The position numbers and the translations under genes are program-made. This document shows positions 22,362 through 30,543 of a stretch of 64,000 nucleotides of DNA, piece after piece; the stretch's first letter is position 1; every line of letters starts with the position of its first letter. The notes under the pieces are model-generated. The model ran no database searches and was not told where the DNA came from. It saw only the letters and a program-made list of their open reading frames with translations. The stretch covers positions 160,001-224,000 of the forward strand of contig CAVYIM010000006.1 in assembly GCA_963768655.1 (NCBI GenBank), written 5' to 3'. The stretch comes from an uncultured Chloroflexia bacterium. Lineage in GTDB: Bacteria > Chloroflexota > Limnocylindria > Limnocylindrales > CSP1-4.

Positions 22362-23510
22362 CTACGACGTCCGTCTCAACGCACTGTCGACGCGGTCCGC
22401 CGCATCCCGCAGGCTCGCGTCCAGGACGCCGGTGTAGTGGTGTGTCATGGCCTCGGCGGCATGGCCCAGGGCCGCCATCGCTACGCGCTGGTGAACGCCC
22501 TGCGCCGCCAGGACGGTCGCGAACCCGTGCCGGAGATCGTGCAACCGGACATCGCCAATAGCTGCTGCCAGCATCGCGTCGCGGAAGTGGCGGTCGAGCG
22601 TGTTTGGATGCCAGGCGAAGAGTCGGCCGTCGATCGGTGCGGGCTGCGTTTCGCGCCAGGCGAGGTACTCGCGCACGGCCTCGACGGCGAGCGCCGGCAT
22701 AGCGACGGTTCGGACGCTGCTCGCGGTCTTCGTTTCCCGCAGCCGCGCACCCTGGCCTGGCACGCGGCCGTACTGGCCGTGCACCGTCAGGATCGCTGCC
22801 TCGAGATCGACGTCGCCGGCCCGAAGGCCGAGGATCTCCCCGCGGCGGAGGCCGCAGGCGCCCGCAAGCAAGACGATCGGGTAGAGCCTGGTCCGTGCGG
22901 TGGCGTCGAAGATCGCGCGGAGCTCGTCGGGCCCGATTGTCGGGACCTGCCGCTTCTCGGCCGCCGGAGGCGCGTCGACCAGGGCGGCGACGTTGCGCGC
23001 CACCAGACCCTGGGCCTGGGCATAGCGAAGGGCGGACGACAACCGAACCAACGTGTGAGCACCAGGGCCGCCCCAGGATCGGACAGCCGCACGGACGTCC
23101 TCGACCGTTAGTTCGTGCAGTCGGATCGCGCCGAGCGATGGGCGGATTCGTAGCTTCGCGTCCAACTCGTACGCCTCAAGCGTCAGTGGGCGGACGCGGT
23201 CCTTGCAGCCCTCAAGCCAGGAGTCGACAACCTCAGCTACGGTCGTATCGATCGAGCGCAACGAGACTCCCGACTCCTGCAGCTCGACGAGGTCGCGCAG
23301 AAGCTTCGTGCCGGCCCTTTCCGCCTCTCTCTTCGTCGGATACCCCGCCGTCCGGGGTCGTCGCCGCGTGCCGGTCTCGTCGACGTAGCTGCCCTGCCAG
23401 CGCCAGCGGCGCACACGGAACTTGTCCGTCGACTCCACGACGGAGCCCTGGCCGCGGTGGCGGGTTTGCTTGCCATGCTTGCCGTTTGGGTTCGGCATGT
23501 CTTCCATCAT
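22362..23510 (-). CDS. int: tyrosine recombinase/integrase
   Basis: GLRRGEI, KT, RLHDLRH, LGH and HYT catalytic residues; N-terminal RGQGS arm-binding region. Start is one of 23510/23507/23498, after GGAGG. Confidence 0.95.
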   Translation of the reverse strand: MMEDMPNPNGKHGKQTRHRGQGSVVESTDKFRVRRWRWQGSYVDETGTRRRPRTAGYPTKREAERAGTKLLRDLVELQESGVSLRSIDTTVAEVVDSWLEGCKDRVRPLTLEAYELDAKLRIRPSLGAIRLHELTVEDVRAAVRSWGGPGAHTLVRLSSALRYAQAQGLVARNVAALVDAPPAAEKRQVPTIGPDELRAIFDATARTRLYPIVLLAGACGLRRGEILGLRAGDVDLEAAILTVHGQYGRVPGQGARLRETKTASSVRTVAMPALAVEAVREYLAWRETQPAPIDGRLFAWHPNTLDRHFRDAMLAAAIGDVRLHDLRHGFATVLAAQGVHQRVAMAALGHAAEAMTHHYTGVLDASLRDAADRVDSALRRTS

Positions 23511-23673
23511 CCTCCAGTAGATTGGCGAGACGGTCGCGGCGCGCATACACGACGCGCTTGCTGATACGCGTGCAGGCTTCGGGGTGCCGACGCATCAGGA
23601 CGCGGACGTGGGCGGGCGGGATGCCGAGCTCGCCGGCGACCTGGGCGACCGAGAGCAACGGTTGATCGGTCAT
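23233..23673 (-). CDS. excisionase-like HTH protein
   Basis: LLSVAQVAGELGIP helix-turn-helix start; ATG overlaps the repSA stop (ATGA); lies between rep and int. The frame runs on into int. Confidence 0.65.
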   Translation of the reverse strand: MTDQPLLSVAQVAGELGIPPAHVRVLMRRHPEACTRISKRVVYARRDRLANLLEDDGRHAEPKRQAWQANPPPRPGLRRGVDGQVPCAPLALAGQLRRRDRHAATTPDGGVSDEERGGKGRHEASARPRRAAGVGSLVALDRYDRS

Positions 23674-25136
23674 GCAGAACTCGTGGACGGACCCGATGGC
23701 CCTGATCTTGCACTGAGCGTCACCTGCACCCGCAGGCGCCGTCGAGGATCCACCGACTTGATGACCGTACTGGACCTGGCACTGACTCTCAATGTCGGGC
23801 TCGCTCGAAAGCTCGCCGCCACCGCGCGCTCGGCCGGGCTCAAGCCCGATCCGGCGTAGTGGAAGCTCCGCCGGATGACGACCTGGTCGCCGACGGCCCG
23901 GGCACGGATCTGAGTGAGCCAGGGATCGGCCTGGGCTCGATACTGCGCCCGGACGGCTCGTAGCGCTCCGAACGTCACCGAGTAGCGTCGGGCCTTGGTC
24001 AGGAAATGACCACGAAAGCCCAGGCTGTGGGCCCAGCGGGGGCTGATCCGCCAGGCTGAGCGCATCAGGGCCCGAGCATGATCGGATAGGTCGGCTCGTT
24101 CGATCACTCCCTCAACCCGGATCCGTCGATCGAGACCACCACCGGCTTGGGCGTCCTTGGTGGCGTATTTCGCGAGGTAGCCCGCGACGCCGGCTCCCTG
24201 CCCGTCGCCGGCGCGCGGGCTACCGGTGTTCAGCGGTCTCGTGTCGATCTGGTCACCCCAGCGGATCATGACCTCTCGACCACCCGGTCCCGCCACCGTG
24301 ACCGCTACGCGCGCCGCGGTGCGGGCGACGGCTCCCGCTAAGCGCTCCGCCGTCGCTCCTCCCGTCGGCGCGGTGTCGGGACCGTCGGGGCCGTCGAGGC
24401 GGATGACCGCATGGAGGTGGACCGATCCACGAGCCTGGAACTCGGCGACCTTGGCATAGGCGACACGGACCCCGGTGCGCAGGGCCGCAACGCTAAGTCC
24501 GCACAACGCCGCGAGCTCGCGCGGCAGGTACGTGACCGTGCGCCGCCAGAGAGCTCCGAGATTCGCGTTCCACAAGGCCGCGGCCTCGTAGTCGTAGCAG
24601 TCCGGACAGAGGGCCTGGCCGATCCGTGGATCGTTATCGGCATGAGGCTCCATACAGCGGAGCGAGACGCCATGCTCGCAGGTAGCAAGACCACCGGGCT
24701 CGCAGGGCCGTTCGCCACCAGCGTCGACGACCCTGCGATGCACCGTGCCGAACGATGGTGCGGTCAACGTCGCGAAGACGAGCGGGTGCGAGGCAACCGA
24801 GGGCGAGACGCCTCGGGCCTCATCACCCGCCAATCCAGCCGCCACGAGGAAGTAGGCGTCGCGGCGATACCGCTCGGAGCAGGGGGGACATCGTGACTCG
24901 CGTCGATTGCCACAGGCAACCAGAACGAAGCCTGGAGCCTCCGCTCTGGTCGACCGCCGGGCAAGGACTGCGCCTGTCCTTGCCGAGACGGCGACCGCAT
25001 CGCCTTCGAGGCGGATCGGCGACGTGCACCCGCCGGTCCGCCGGATCAGCTCGACGACTGCAGGTGCCCCGGAGCCGTAGCGGCGTGAGAGGACGGCCAG
25101 GGGCTCGAGCGGGGATGGGGACGCAGACTCGACCAC
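23670..25136 (-). CDS. repSA: RepSA-type rolling-circle replication initiator (HUH)
   Basis: GCTSPIRL, CGNRRESRCPPCSERY, FATLTAPSFG, EFQARGSVHLHAVIRLDG (HUH), YLAKYATK, LGFRGHFLTKARRYSVTFG. Confidence 0.9.
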   Translation of the reverse strand: MVESASPSPLEPLAVLSRRYGSGAPAVVELIRRTGGCTSPIRLEGDAVAVSARTGAVLARRSTRAEAPGFVLVACGNRRESRCPPCSERYRRDAYFLVAAGLAGDEARGVSPSVASHPLVFATLTAPSFGTVHRRVVDAGGERPCEPGGLATCEHGVSLRCMEPHADNDPRIGQALCPDCYDYEAAALWNANLGALWRRTVTYLPRELAALCGLSVAALRTGVRVAYAKVAEFQARGSVHLHAVIRLDGPDGPDTAPTGGATAERLAGAVARTAARVAVTVAGPGGREVMIRWGDQIDTRPLNTGSPRAGDGQGAGVAGYLAKYATKDAQAGGGLDRRIRVEGVIERADLSDHARALMRSAWRISPRWAHSLGFRGHFLTKARRYSVTFGALRAVRAQYRAQADPWLTQIRARAVGDQVVIRRSFHYAGSGLSPAERAVAASFRASPTLRVSARSSTVIKSVDPRRRLRVQVTLSARSGPSGPSTSSA

Positions 25137-25145
25137 GGCCTACTC

Positions 25146-25571
25146 CTAGGCGGTCTGCTCGGGGCGACGGAGCTGCTGGGGGACCTGGTTCTTCGGGATG
25201 GCGGCGCGAACCGCCGTCGCCCGGAACGAATAGGCGAGCCTTGGCCGAGAGCCCGAGACGTCCACGTAGGCCGTCACGGTCAGCCCCTCGAACGCGACCG
25301 CCGGGAACGGCGAACCTGAAGGCGCCTGCGGCAGCACAGGCGGCGTCCGCGAAGCGATCTTGACCCGGACGACCTTGGTTCTCGCGTCGGGATCGGCGTC
25401 GAACACCGAGATCACCCATACAGGCAACCCCGAGTCGCGATCGTGGGCCTGGACCTTCTGCTCGCGCGTCGAGGCCTCGAAGTCGACGACCTGTTCGACG
25501 CCGCCAACGGCATATGCCCCGTGCGGAAATGCCTGGTCCATGCTGATGGGGATGTGTCTACCAAGCGCCAT
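25146..25571 (-). CDS. Pra-like plasmid replication, integration and excision activator
   Basis: FPHGAY...V.DFE...Q..D..SGLPVW...DADP...VKI....PPV...FEGLTVT.YV....RLAYSFRAT, as I recall for the AICE Pra-like family; AAGGAG RBS; directly upstream of repSA. Confidence 0.8.
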   Translation of the reverse strand: MALGRHIPISMDQAFPHGAYAVGGVEQVVDFEASTREQKVQAHDRDSGLPVWVISVFDADPDARTKVVRVKIASRTPPVLPQAPSGSPFPAVAFEGLTVTAYVDVSGSRPRLAYSFRATAVRAAIPKNQVPQQLRRPEQTA

Positions 25572-25587
25572 GTCTGTCTCTCCTTGT

Positions 25588-25612
25588 CTGATTTCGACCA
25601 CACCGAAATCAG
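25588..25612. promoter_or_regulatory. perfect inverted repeat upstream of the pra-like gene (operator candidate)
   Basis: CTGATTTCG-N7-CGAAATCAG abutting the RBS. Confidence 0.6.
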
Positions 25613-26009
25613 CCGACGCGTTGGGCACAGCTATCGCCGGAAGCCCGCGTCAAGCGGCTCGAAAAGTGGGGGCGACCCTCGGGTGTTTCCCGGATGCCTT
25701 ACCGGGACCTGGGCCGGTCGCCGAAGAGGACGCTAGGCCGACGGATCGGGAGCGTCAAGGGGTTCAGCGTACGATTCCACGTACCATTTGCGGCACACGG
25801 TGGCCGCGCTTGCCCCTGTCAGCGCACGAACGCCATTCCTGCTGTCGCCGGCAGCCGGCGGCCACGAACCTTGATCGCAGCGGACATGGGACCGCCCAAG
25901 GCGCAGCCGTCGGCCTACCCGAGGCCGCGAACCTCGAGGGTGATGACTCGGCAGATCGCTGCGACCGGCGAGTATGGCCCGGGACGAGGCCACCGGGCGA
26001 GTTCGCCTC

Positions 26010-26627
26010 TTATCGCCGCGATCCGCGGTTGGGAAGCACACGGAGGGGGCGGGGGCTTGTTACGAGTTTCTCTACTGCATCAAGGCTGTCCCGCTCCTTC
26101 GATCCTCGCCTTGGCGCAGTCGAACGACGGATTGGCACCCGAGGGCGTCCTTGTCCAGGCCGACTAGATAGGCGGGTTGCGGGGGTCTCGCACGTAGAAA
26201 GCAAGGCGCCGACTCGCTCGGGCCGGCCATCAACCGTCGCAGAGATGGTGTAGGCATCGAACTTCGGGAACTTGATCTGCGTCTCGAATGCGAGTGGTAG
26301 ACGCATCTTGGCGCCCTTTTCCAACGTCGGCGGTCGACCAGTCTTGAACGCCAACGAGAACGACGGTACAACGGCCGTTCCGTCCGTATCTTCGAAGGTG
26401 ACCTCAAGGGTGTGCTGGTCGTCGGTTTCCAGGTAAGGGATCAGTACCCCGCACGCAATGTGCAGCGGGATTGCCCCTTCAAGGCTAGTCGCGAAGATAT
26501 GGTCCCACGCCCCGCCCATGATGTAGAGCTTCCCGTTTAGGACCTCTGCGCGATCGGCCAGTATGAGAAACTCGACATCGGCGTGAGCCACCGGCAGCCC
26601 GGAAGCTCGGGACCGTGAAGTAGGCAT
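26010..26627 (-). CDS. DUF6941-like protein (3' end possibly frameshifted; alternative stop at 26164)
   Basis: VEFLILADRAEVLNGKLYIMGGAWD...FP..DAYTISATVDG. An alternative frame gives a more typical end, RRLAFYVRDPRNPPI*. Confidence 0.7.
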   Translation of the reverse strand: MPTSRSRASGLPVAHADVEFLILADRAEVLNGKLYIMGGAWDHIFATSLEGAIPLHIACGVLIPYLETDDQHTLEVTFEDTDGTAVVPSFSLAFKTGRPPTLEKGAKMRLPLAFETQIKFPKFDAYTISATVDGRPERVGALLSTCETPATRLSSRPGQGRPRVPIRRSTAPRRGSKERDSLDAVEKLVTSPRPLRVLPNRGSRR

Positions 26628-26649
26628 TCTAGGTACCTTCGTATCACTG

Positions 26650-26668
26650 GTGTAAACTTCGCTTACAC
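26650..26668. promoter_or_regulatory. palindromic operator in the divergent DUF6941/toxin promoter
   Basis: GTGTAA-N7-TTACAC in an AT-rich 74-bp spacer. Confidence 0.55.
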
Positions 26669-26701
26669 AGTATACAGCACGCTGAACACGGAGGCGGGGC
26701 C

Positions 26702-26980
26702 GTGGCAAGACCGTTCATCGATGAGTTGCGCTTGGCGGGCGCGGAGGATGAACTATCGCGGCACCAGGTGTCCGTCGACGAGGCGCTGGAGGTATCTTGG
26801 AATACTCCGCGGTTCTTCCGGGACAAGGTTCAGGGTCGGCAGCTAATGATCGGAAAGACGGACGGAGGAAGGTTGCTTACAGTCGTAGTTGAACCGACCG
26901 ATACACACGGGGCATGGGACGTCGTCACTGGCTGGGACTCAAGCCAGGGAGAAAGAACAGCATGGCAAAACGCAAAGTAG
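26702..26980 (+). CDS. BrnT-like (RelE-fold) toxin
   Basis: 92 aa; RHQVSVDEALEV, IGKTDGGRLLTVVV, VVTGWD...ER pattern; GGAGG RBS. Confidence 0.75.
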   Translation: MARPFIDELRLAGAEDELSRHQVSVDEALEVSWNTPRFFRDKVQGRQLMIGKTDGGRLLTVVVEPTDTHGAWDVVTGWDSSQGERTAWQNAK

Positions 26981-27438
26981 CGCCCTCCGGGGACCAGAAC
27001 GACATGGACCTAGAGCAAATCGACGTCGAACTCAGAAACCCGAGCGTGGTCTTGTCCGTCCGCCTCGACGGCGACACGGCCAAGGCGCTCCATCAGCTCG
27101 CTCGCAAGCGTGGCGAACGCGTATCAGAGGCACTTCGCGAGGCGGTCGTCGCCTGGGTCGCGTCGGCAGCCGCGGAAGCCGAACCCGTCTATCGGGCGAC
27201 CTACCTCAACAAGGTCGTGGCTGTCAGCAGCCACTCGGTCCGAAATCGAGGAACTTGGGCAACAGCAACGCCCGTTCGAGTCTGGCCTACCAGAGGAAAC
27301 CTGGCGGACCTCGTCGGCCGCCGCACAACCGCTCTTGCGAACCGCTTAGGCGCGACGGCCCCGGCGTGGCAGCCCAACGTCAACCCTGACCTCCAATTTG
27401 TGAGGACGGGCCGTTTCAGGCAGGACAAGAACGGCTAG
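26962..27438 (+). CDS. ribbon-helix-helix antitoxin with C-terminal extension
   Basis: VLSVRLDGDTAKALHQLARKRGERVSEALREAV (RHH); overlaps the toxin stop. Confidence 0.7.
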   Translation: MAKRKVAPSGDQNDMDLEQIDVELRNPSVVLSVRLDGDTAKALHQLARKRGERVSEALREAVVAWVASAAAEAEPVYRATYLNKVVAVSSHSVRNRGTWATATPVRVWPTRGNLADLVGRRTTALANRLGATAPAWQPNVNPDLQFVRTGRFRQDKNG

Positions 27439-27447
27439 CGGCGGCTC

Positions 27448-28050
27448 CTAGCCGACGAGCTCCGTGATGTCAGGGTCTGCCCAAAGACGATAGAGGCCAA
27501 CGGTGCGGCGAGCCGGGTGGGGCCACCAGGATCCCACCAGTACCGCGACGCTCACCTTCAGTGGCAGAGCGGCGTTCTTGGGCCAGTCGACCGCCCGAAC
27601 GGAAGCAGTCCGGTCGGCGAATTCAGCGACCTGCCTGCCCCGGTCGTCGAAAAGCCTGAGCCGGCGGGGACGCCCATGGCTTCGTTCAAGCGCCCACAAC
27701 GACCCTGCATCGGCCCGCATCAGCTCAACGGGGGGCACAGTGGGAAGATCCGAGCTGAGGCGAAGCCTGTCGGGCGCAAGGACGAGTTGGAGCAACTGTC
27801 TCGGTCCTCGATGCCGAAGCTGCCGAGCCGCCCATGCCGCCGAAGCGACCGCGAGTGCGAGCACCACAAGGTCGAGGAGGTTCGGGTGAGCGAGACCGGC
27901 CACTCCAGCGACCGCCAGGACTGCCGCAATGCCGACCGCCGAAGAGAAGTTGTACCAGCTGAGTCGCGGTGGCACCCAGGTGGCGGTAACGGTGGCAGTC
28001 CATGCGGGGCAGTCGTCCGGTACACCCTCCCAGCCCGCGTCCGAGAACAT
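27448..28050 (-). CDS. hypothetical two-TM membrane protein
   Basis: GAGGAA RBS before MFSDAG; two hydrophobic helices followed by a beta-rich soluble part. Confidence 0.55.
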   Translation of the reverse strand: MFSDAGWEGVPDDCPAWTATVTATWVPPRLSWYNFSSAVGIAAVLAVAGVAGLAHPNLLDLVVLALAVASAAWAARQLRHRGPRQLLQLVLAPDRLRLSSDLPTVPPVELMRADAGSLWALERSHGRPRRLRLFDDRGRQVAEFADRTASVRAVDWPKNAALPLKVSVAVLVGSWWPHPARRTVGLYRLWADPDITELVG

Positions 28051-28423
28051 GGGCACTTCCTCACCCAGGATGTTCTTGGTCATGAGCGTGTGGTGGAGGG
28101 ACCGCAGCCACGCCCTGATCCGGCCGGGCTCGTCCTGAAGCGTTGGTTTACTCATCGTGAACCTCGGCGTTCATGGATGCTGTCCATCAGGCTAGCGGGT
28201 GCACAAGTACTCCGTCGGCCTCGATCTGCTGATGCCCTCCCCGATCGAGTGATCGGAGAGAACCACGGACGAGAGCTAACGCGTCATGCGGAGCGCACCA
28301 AGCGCAGCGGTGGCCTGGCGCCGCCCATCGTCACCAGGACGCGGCCCGGTAGAGACGTGGGATCCAGATCCCCGACGAGCGGGTTAGCCTTGGAACCGAC
28401 TCCTCTCGCGCCCACCAATTCCC

Positions 28424-29374
28424 TCAAATCCCTCCACTCGCCGTAACGCCGGCGCGAAGCGTCGACCAGAGTGTTTGACATTCATTGGGATCGAGCCCAC
28501 TTGTCCAAATGTGGATGTGCTGGCGACCTCTTCCGGCGACACGCAGGACCGGTCCGCGCTTCGATTGCTCGGCGCTCGCAAAATAGGACCAGGGCAACCA
28601 CGAGTCTGGCAGGACCAAGTAGCCGGTCCTGTACACGGCCAGTTCGCGGCTCCGGTCCTGGCGCTCTCCGATCGTCGATAGCGCTGCCATTAGCCACGGA
28701 AACGCCAACAAGAAAGCCGCCACGACGAGACCATTGGGCGTCCAAAGTGGGTCTTGAAGAGCGAACGCGCAAAGGCCTATTGCGACGCCCGCGACCAACA
28801 CCTTCCACCCAAACTCACTCGCCCGGATCTGCACCAGCGTCCACGTTGACACTCGACCCATGCTGAACGTCAGGACCGGTTGGCCCGCGTCCAAGGGCAG
28901 AATCGGTTCCTGGGCTGGAAGAGGCTCACCGAGCAACCGCTCCAAGACCTCTCGCTGCCCGGCCCCAAGCACTCGCAGTGGGATAAGTAGCGGTGGGCAG
29001 CAATGCTGGGGGATCACAAGAAAGCCACCCTTGGCGAGCGGCCGGCCAAAGCGCGTCGCAGGGAAGCGGCGCGGCTGTGAGCCCTCCGACTGAACAGACA
29101 CGGCGCCAGGGCTCACGACAATTCTTGTCTCTGAACGCGTCCGCAACGCATTTCGGACGATCAGGATCAGCAGCGCGGCTACGTACAACATCCCCAGTCT
29201 CGCCGGCTCGGCCGGTGGCGTAAGGCATACTAGGATCAACGCGACGACCAGGACCATGAGGCGACGGTTTGTGCCGCCGAACCTCAGACTGGCTCGCAGG
29301 CGCTCCGCCATGTCGAGTCGATAGGCCAGTTCCACCCGGTCGCCTGCCTCGTTCGCCAAGTCGCCAGTCCCCAT
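28424..29374 (-). CDS. hypothetical membrane protein with a duplicated 2-TM + soluble (YcxB-like) unit
   Basis: Two pairs of TM helices, each followed by a short beta-rich domain; resemblance judged by eye. Confidence 0.55.
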   Translation of the reverse strand: MGTGDLANEAGDRVELAYRLDMAERLRASLRFGGTNRRLMVLVVALILVCLTPPAEPARLGMLYVAALLILIVRNALRTRSETRIVVSPGAVSVQSEGSQPRRFPATRFGRPLAKGGFLVIPQHCCPPLLIPLRVLGAGQREVLERLLGEPLPAQEPILPLDAGQPVLTFSMGRVSTWTLVQIRASEFGWKVLVAGVAIGLCAFALQDPLWTPNGLVVAAFLLAFPWLMAALSTIGERQDRSRELAVYRTGYLVLPDSWLPWSYFASAEQSKRGPVLRVAGRGRQHIHIWTSGLDPNECQTLWSTLRAGVTASGGI

Positions 29375-29536
29375 TCAGATGGGAGGAAAACCACGGGCCA
29401 CGATCATACAGACCGGCGGCCTGGCCGAATTGCCTCCTGGTCAAATCGGTTGCCCTGCGCGTGAAAGCCATCGACAAGGATGGACGTGGTTGCATTCGAC
29501 GGCAGTCCAGCGAGCATCCTGGCGTCCCCGCGCCGG

Positions 29537-29559
29537 GTGTTCCCATGGGTGTTCCCATC
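29537..29559 (+). repeat. putative integrase arm-type site pair (right)
   Basis: GTGTTCCCATGGGTGTTCCCATC, identical to 22313-22335. Confidence 0.7.
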
Positions 29560-29652
29560 TCCGCCGGATTACGGCAGGAACGGGTCAAATGGGACCGCTT
29601 CCAGGCCCGATTTGAGCACGAATCGGGCGTTATCGAGACAGGGGGAGGGGGT

Positions 29653-29739
29653 TGGTGCCGACGGCGGGAGTTGAACCCGCATGACCTCACGGCCACTCGA
29701 TTTTGAGTCGAGCGCGTATGCCAGTTCCGCCACGTCGGC
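29653..29739 (-). tRNA. tRNA-Leu (CAA)
   Basis: GCCGACG acceptor stem, CTCGA-CTCAAAA-TCGAG anticodon arm, long variable arm, GGTTCAACTCC T-arm, encoded CCA; 87 nt. Confidence 0.97.
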
Positions 29740-29889
29740 ACGGCCAGGCGGCATGGTACAGCCTGCGGGCGTCGGGTTGGCGCCGGCGCCGTCCGGCGGC
29801 CTGAGTCGAGCCCGCCAGATGCTAAGCTCCCAGCCAGACTCGAAGCATCGCGGCCCGGATCGGCGACCGCGTGGCGAGGCCGCACTGGA

Positions 29890-30528
29890 ATGGACATGGC
29901 TGACGGGCAAGTCTTGACAGACGAGGTGGAGGCGAACGCTGGCAGGGTCGAGGATCCCGGCCAGAAGATCGACATCGCCCTGGTCGGCCAGGCCGTCCGT
30001 GGCGAGCTGGCGGCCTTCAACCAGCTGGTCGTGCGCCACCAGGACCACCTGTTCGCGCTCGTGTACCGGCTGGTTCCGGATCGCGACCAGGCGGCCGATG
30101 CCGTCCAGGAGGCCTTCCTCAGCGCCTACCGCAACATCGGCTCTTTCCGTGGCGGGAGTGTCAAGAGCTGGCTCGGGCGGATCGCCGTCAACGCGGCGAT
30201 GGATCTCCAGCGAAACCGCCGTCGCCGGCCAGCCCAGCCCTACCCGGAGCTCGAAGACGAGAGCTGGCAGCCCGCGGCGGCGGAGGACGTCGAGCCCGAG
30301 CACAAGGCCATCGCCGCGGAGCGATCCCGCGTCCTGGCAGCGGCCCTGGCAGCGCTGCCCTTCGAGCAGCGCAACTGCATCGTGTTATACGACGTGGACG
30401 GCTACGACTACGGGGAGATCGCGCGGATCATGGGCGTCTCCGTCGGGACCGTGAAGTCGCGTATCCACAGGGGCCGCCTCGCGCTCCGCGCCGCCCTGGC
30501 GCCGGCAAGGGAACTGTTCCGTGGCTGA
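29890..30528 (+). CDS. ECF sigma-70 factor
   Basis: DAVQEAFLSAY, SWLGRIAVN, YGEIARIMGVSVGTVKSRIHRGR. Confidence 0.95.
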   Translation: MDMADGQVLTDEVEANAGRVEDPGQKIDIALVGQAVRGELAAFNQLVVRHQDHLFALVYRLVPDRDQAADAVQEAFLSAYRNIGSFRGGSVKSWLGRIAVNAAMDLQRNRRRRPAQPYPELEDESWQPAAAEDVEPEHKAIAAERSRVLAAALAALPFEQRNCIVLYDVDGYDYGEIARIMGVSVGTVKSRIHRGRLALRAALAPARELFRG

Positions 30529-30543
30529 GATCGTCAGGGAGAT

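Larger units (their letters stand above)
22243..29671. mobile_element. AICE/pSAM2-like integrative element at tRNA-Leu(CAA), lacking a transfer gene
   Basis: 19-bp direct repeat TGGTGCCGACGGCGGGAGT at 22243-22261 and 29653-29671 (tRNA 3' end); contains int, xis, repSA and pra-like genes; cargo is visibly lower in GC. Confidence 0.9.

Noticed and set aside
25694-26167. 157-aa ORF inside the island control region
   Set aside because: No RBS, no recognisable motif, and composition typical of non-coding GC-rich DNA.
22243-29671. Prophage or complete conjugative element
   Set aside because: No capsid, terminase, tail, T4SS, MOB relaxase or FtsK/TraB gene lies between the att sites.
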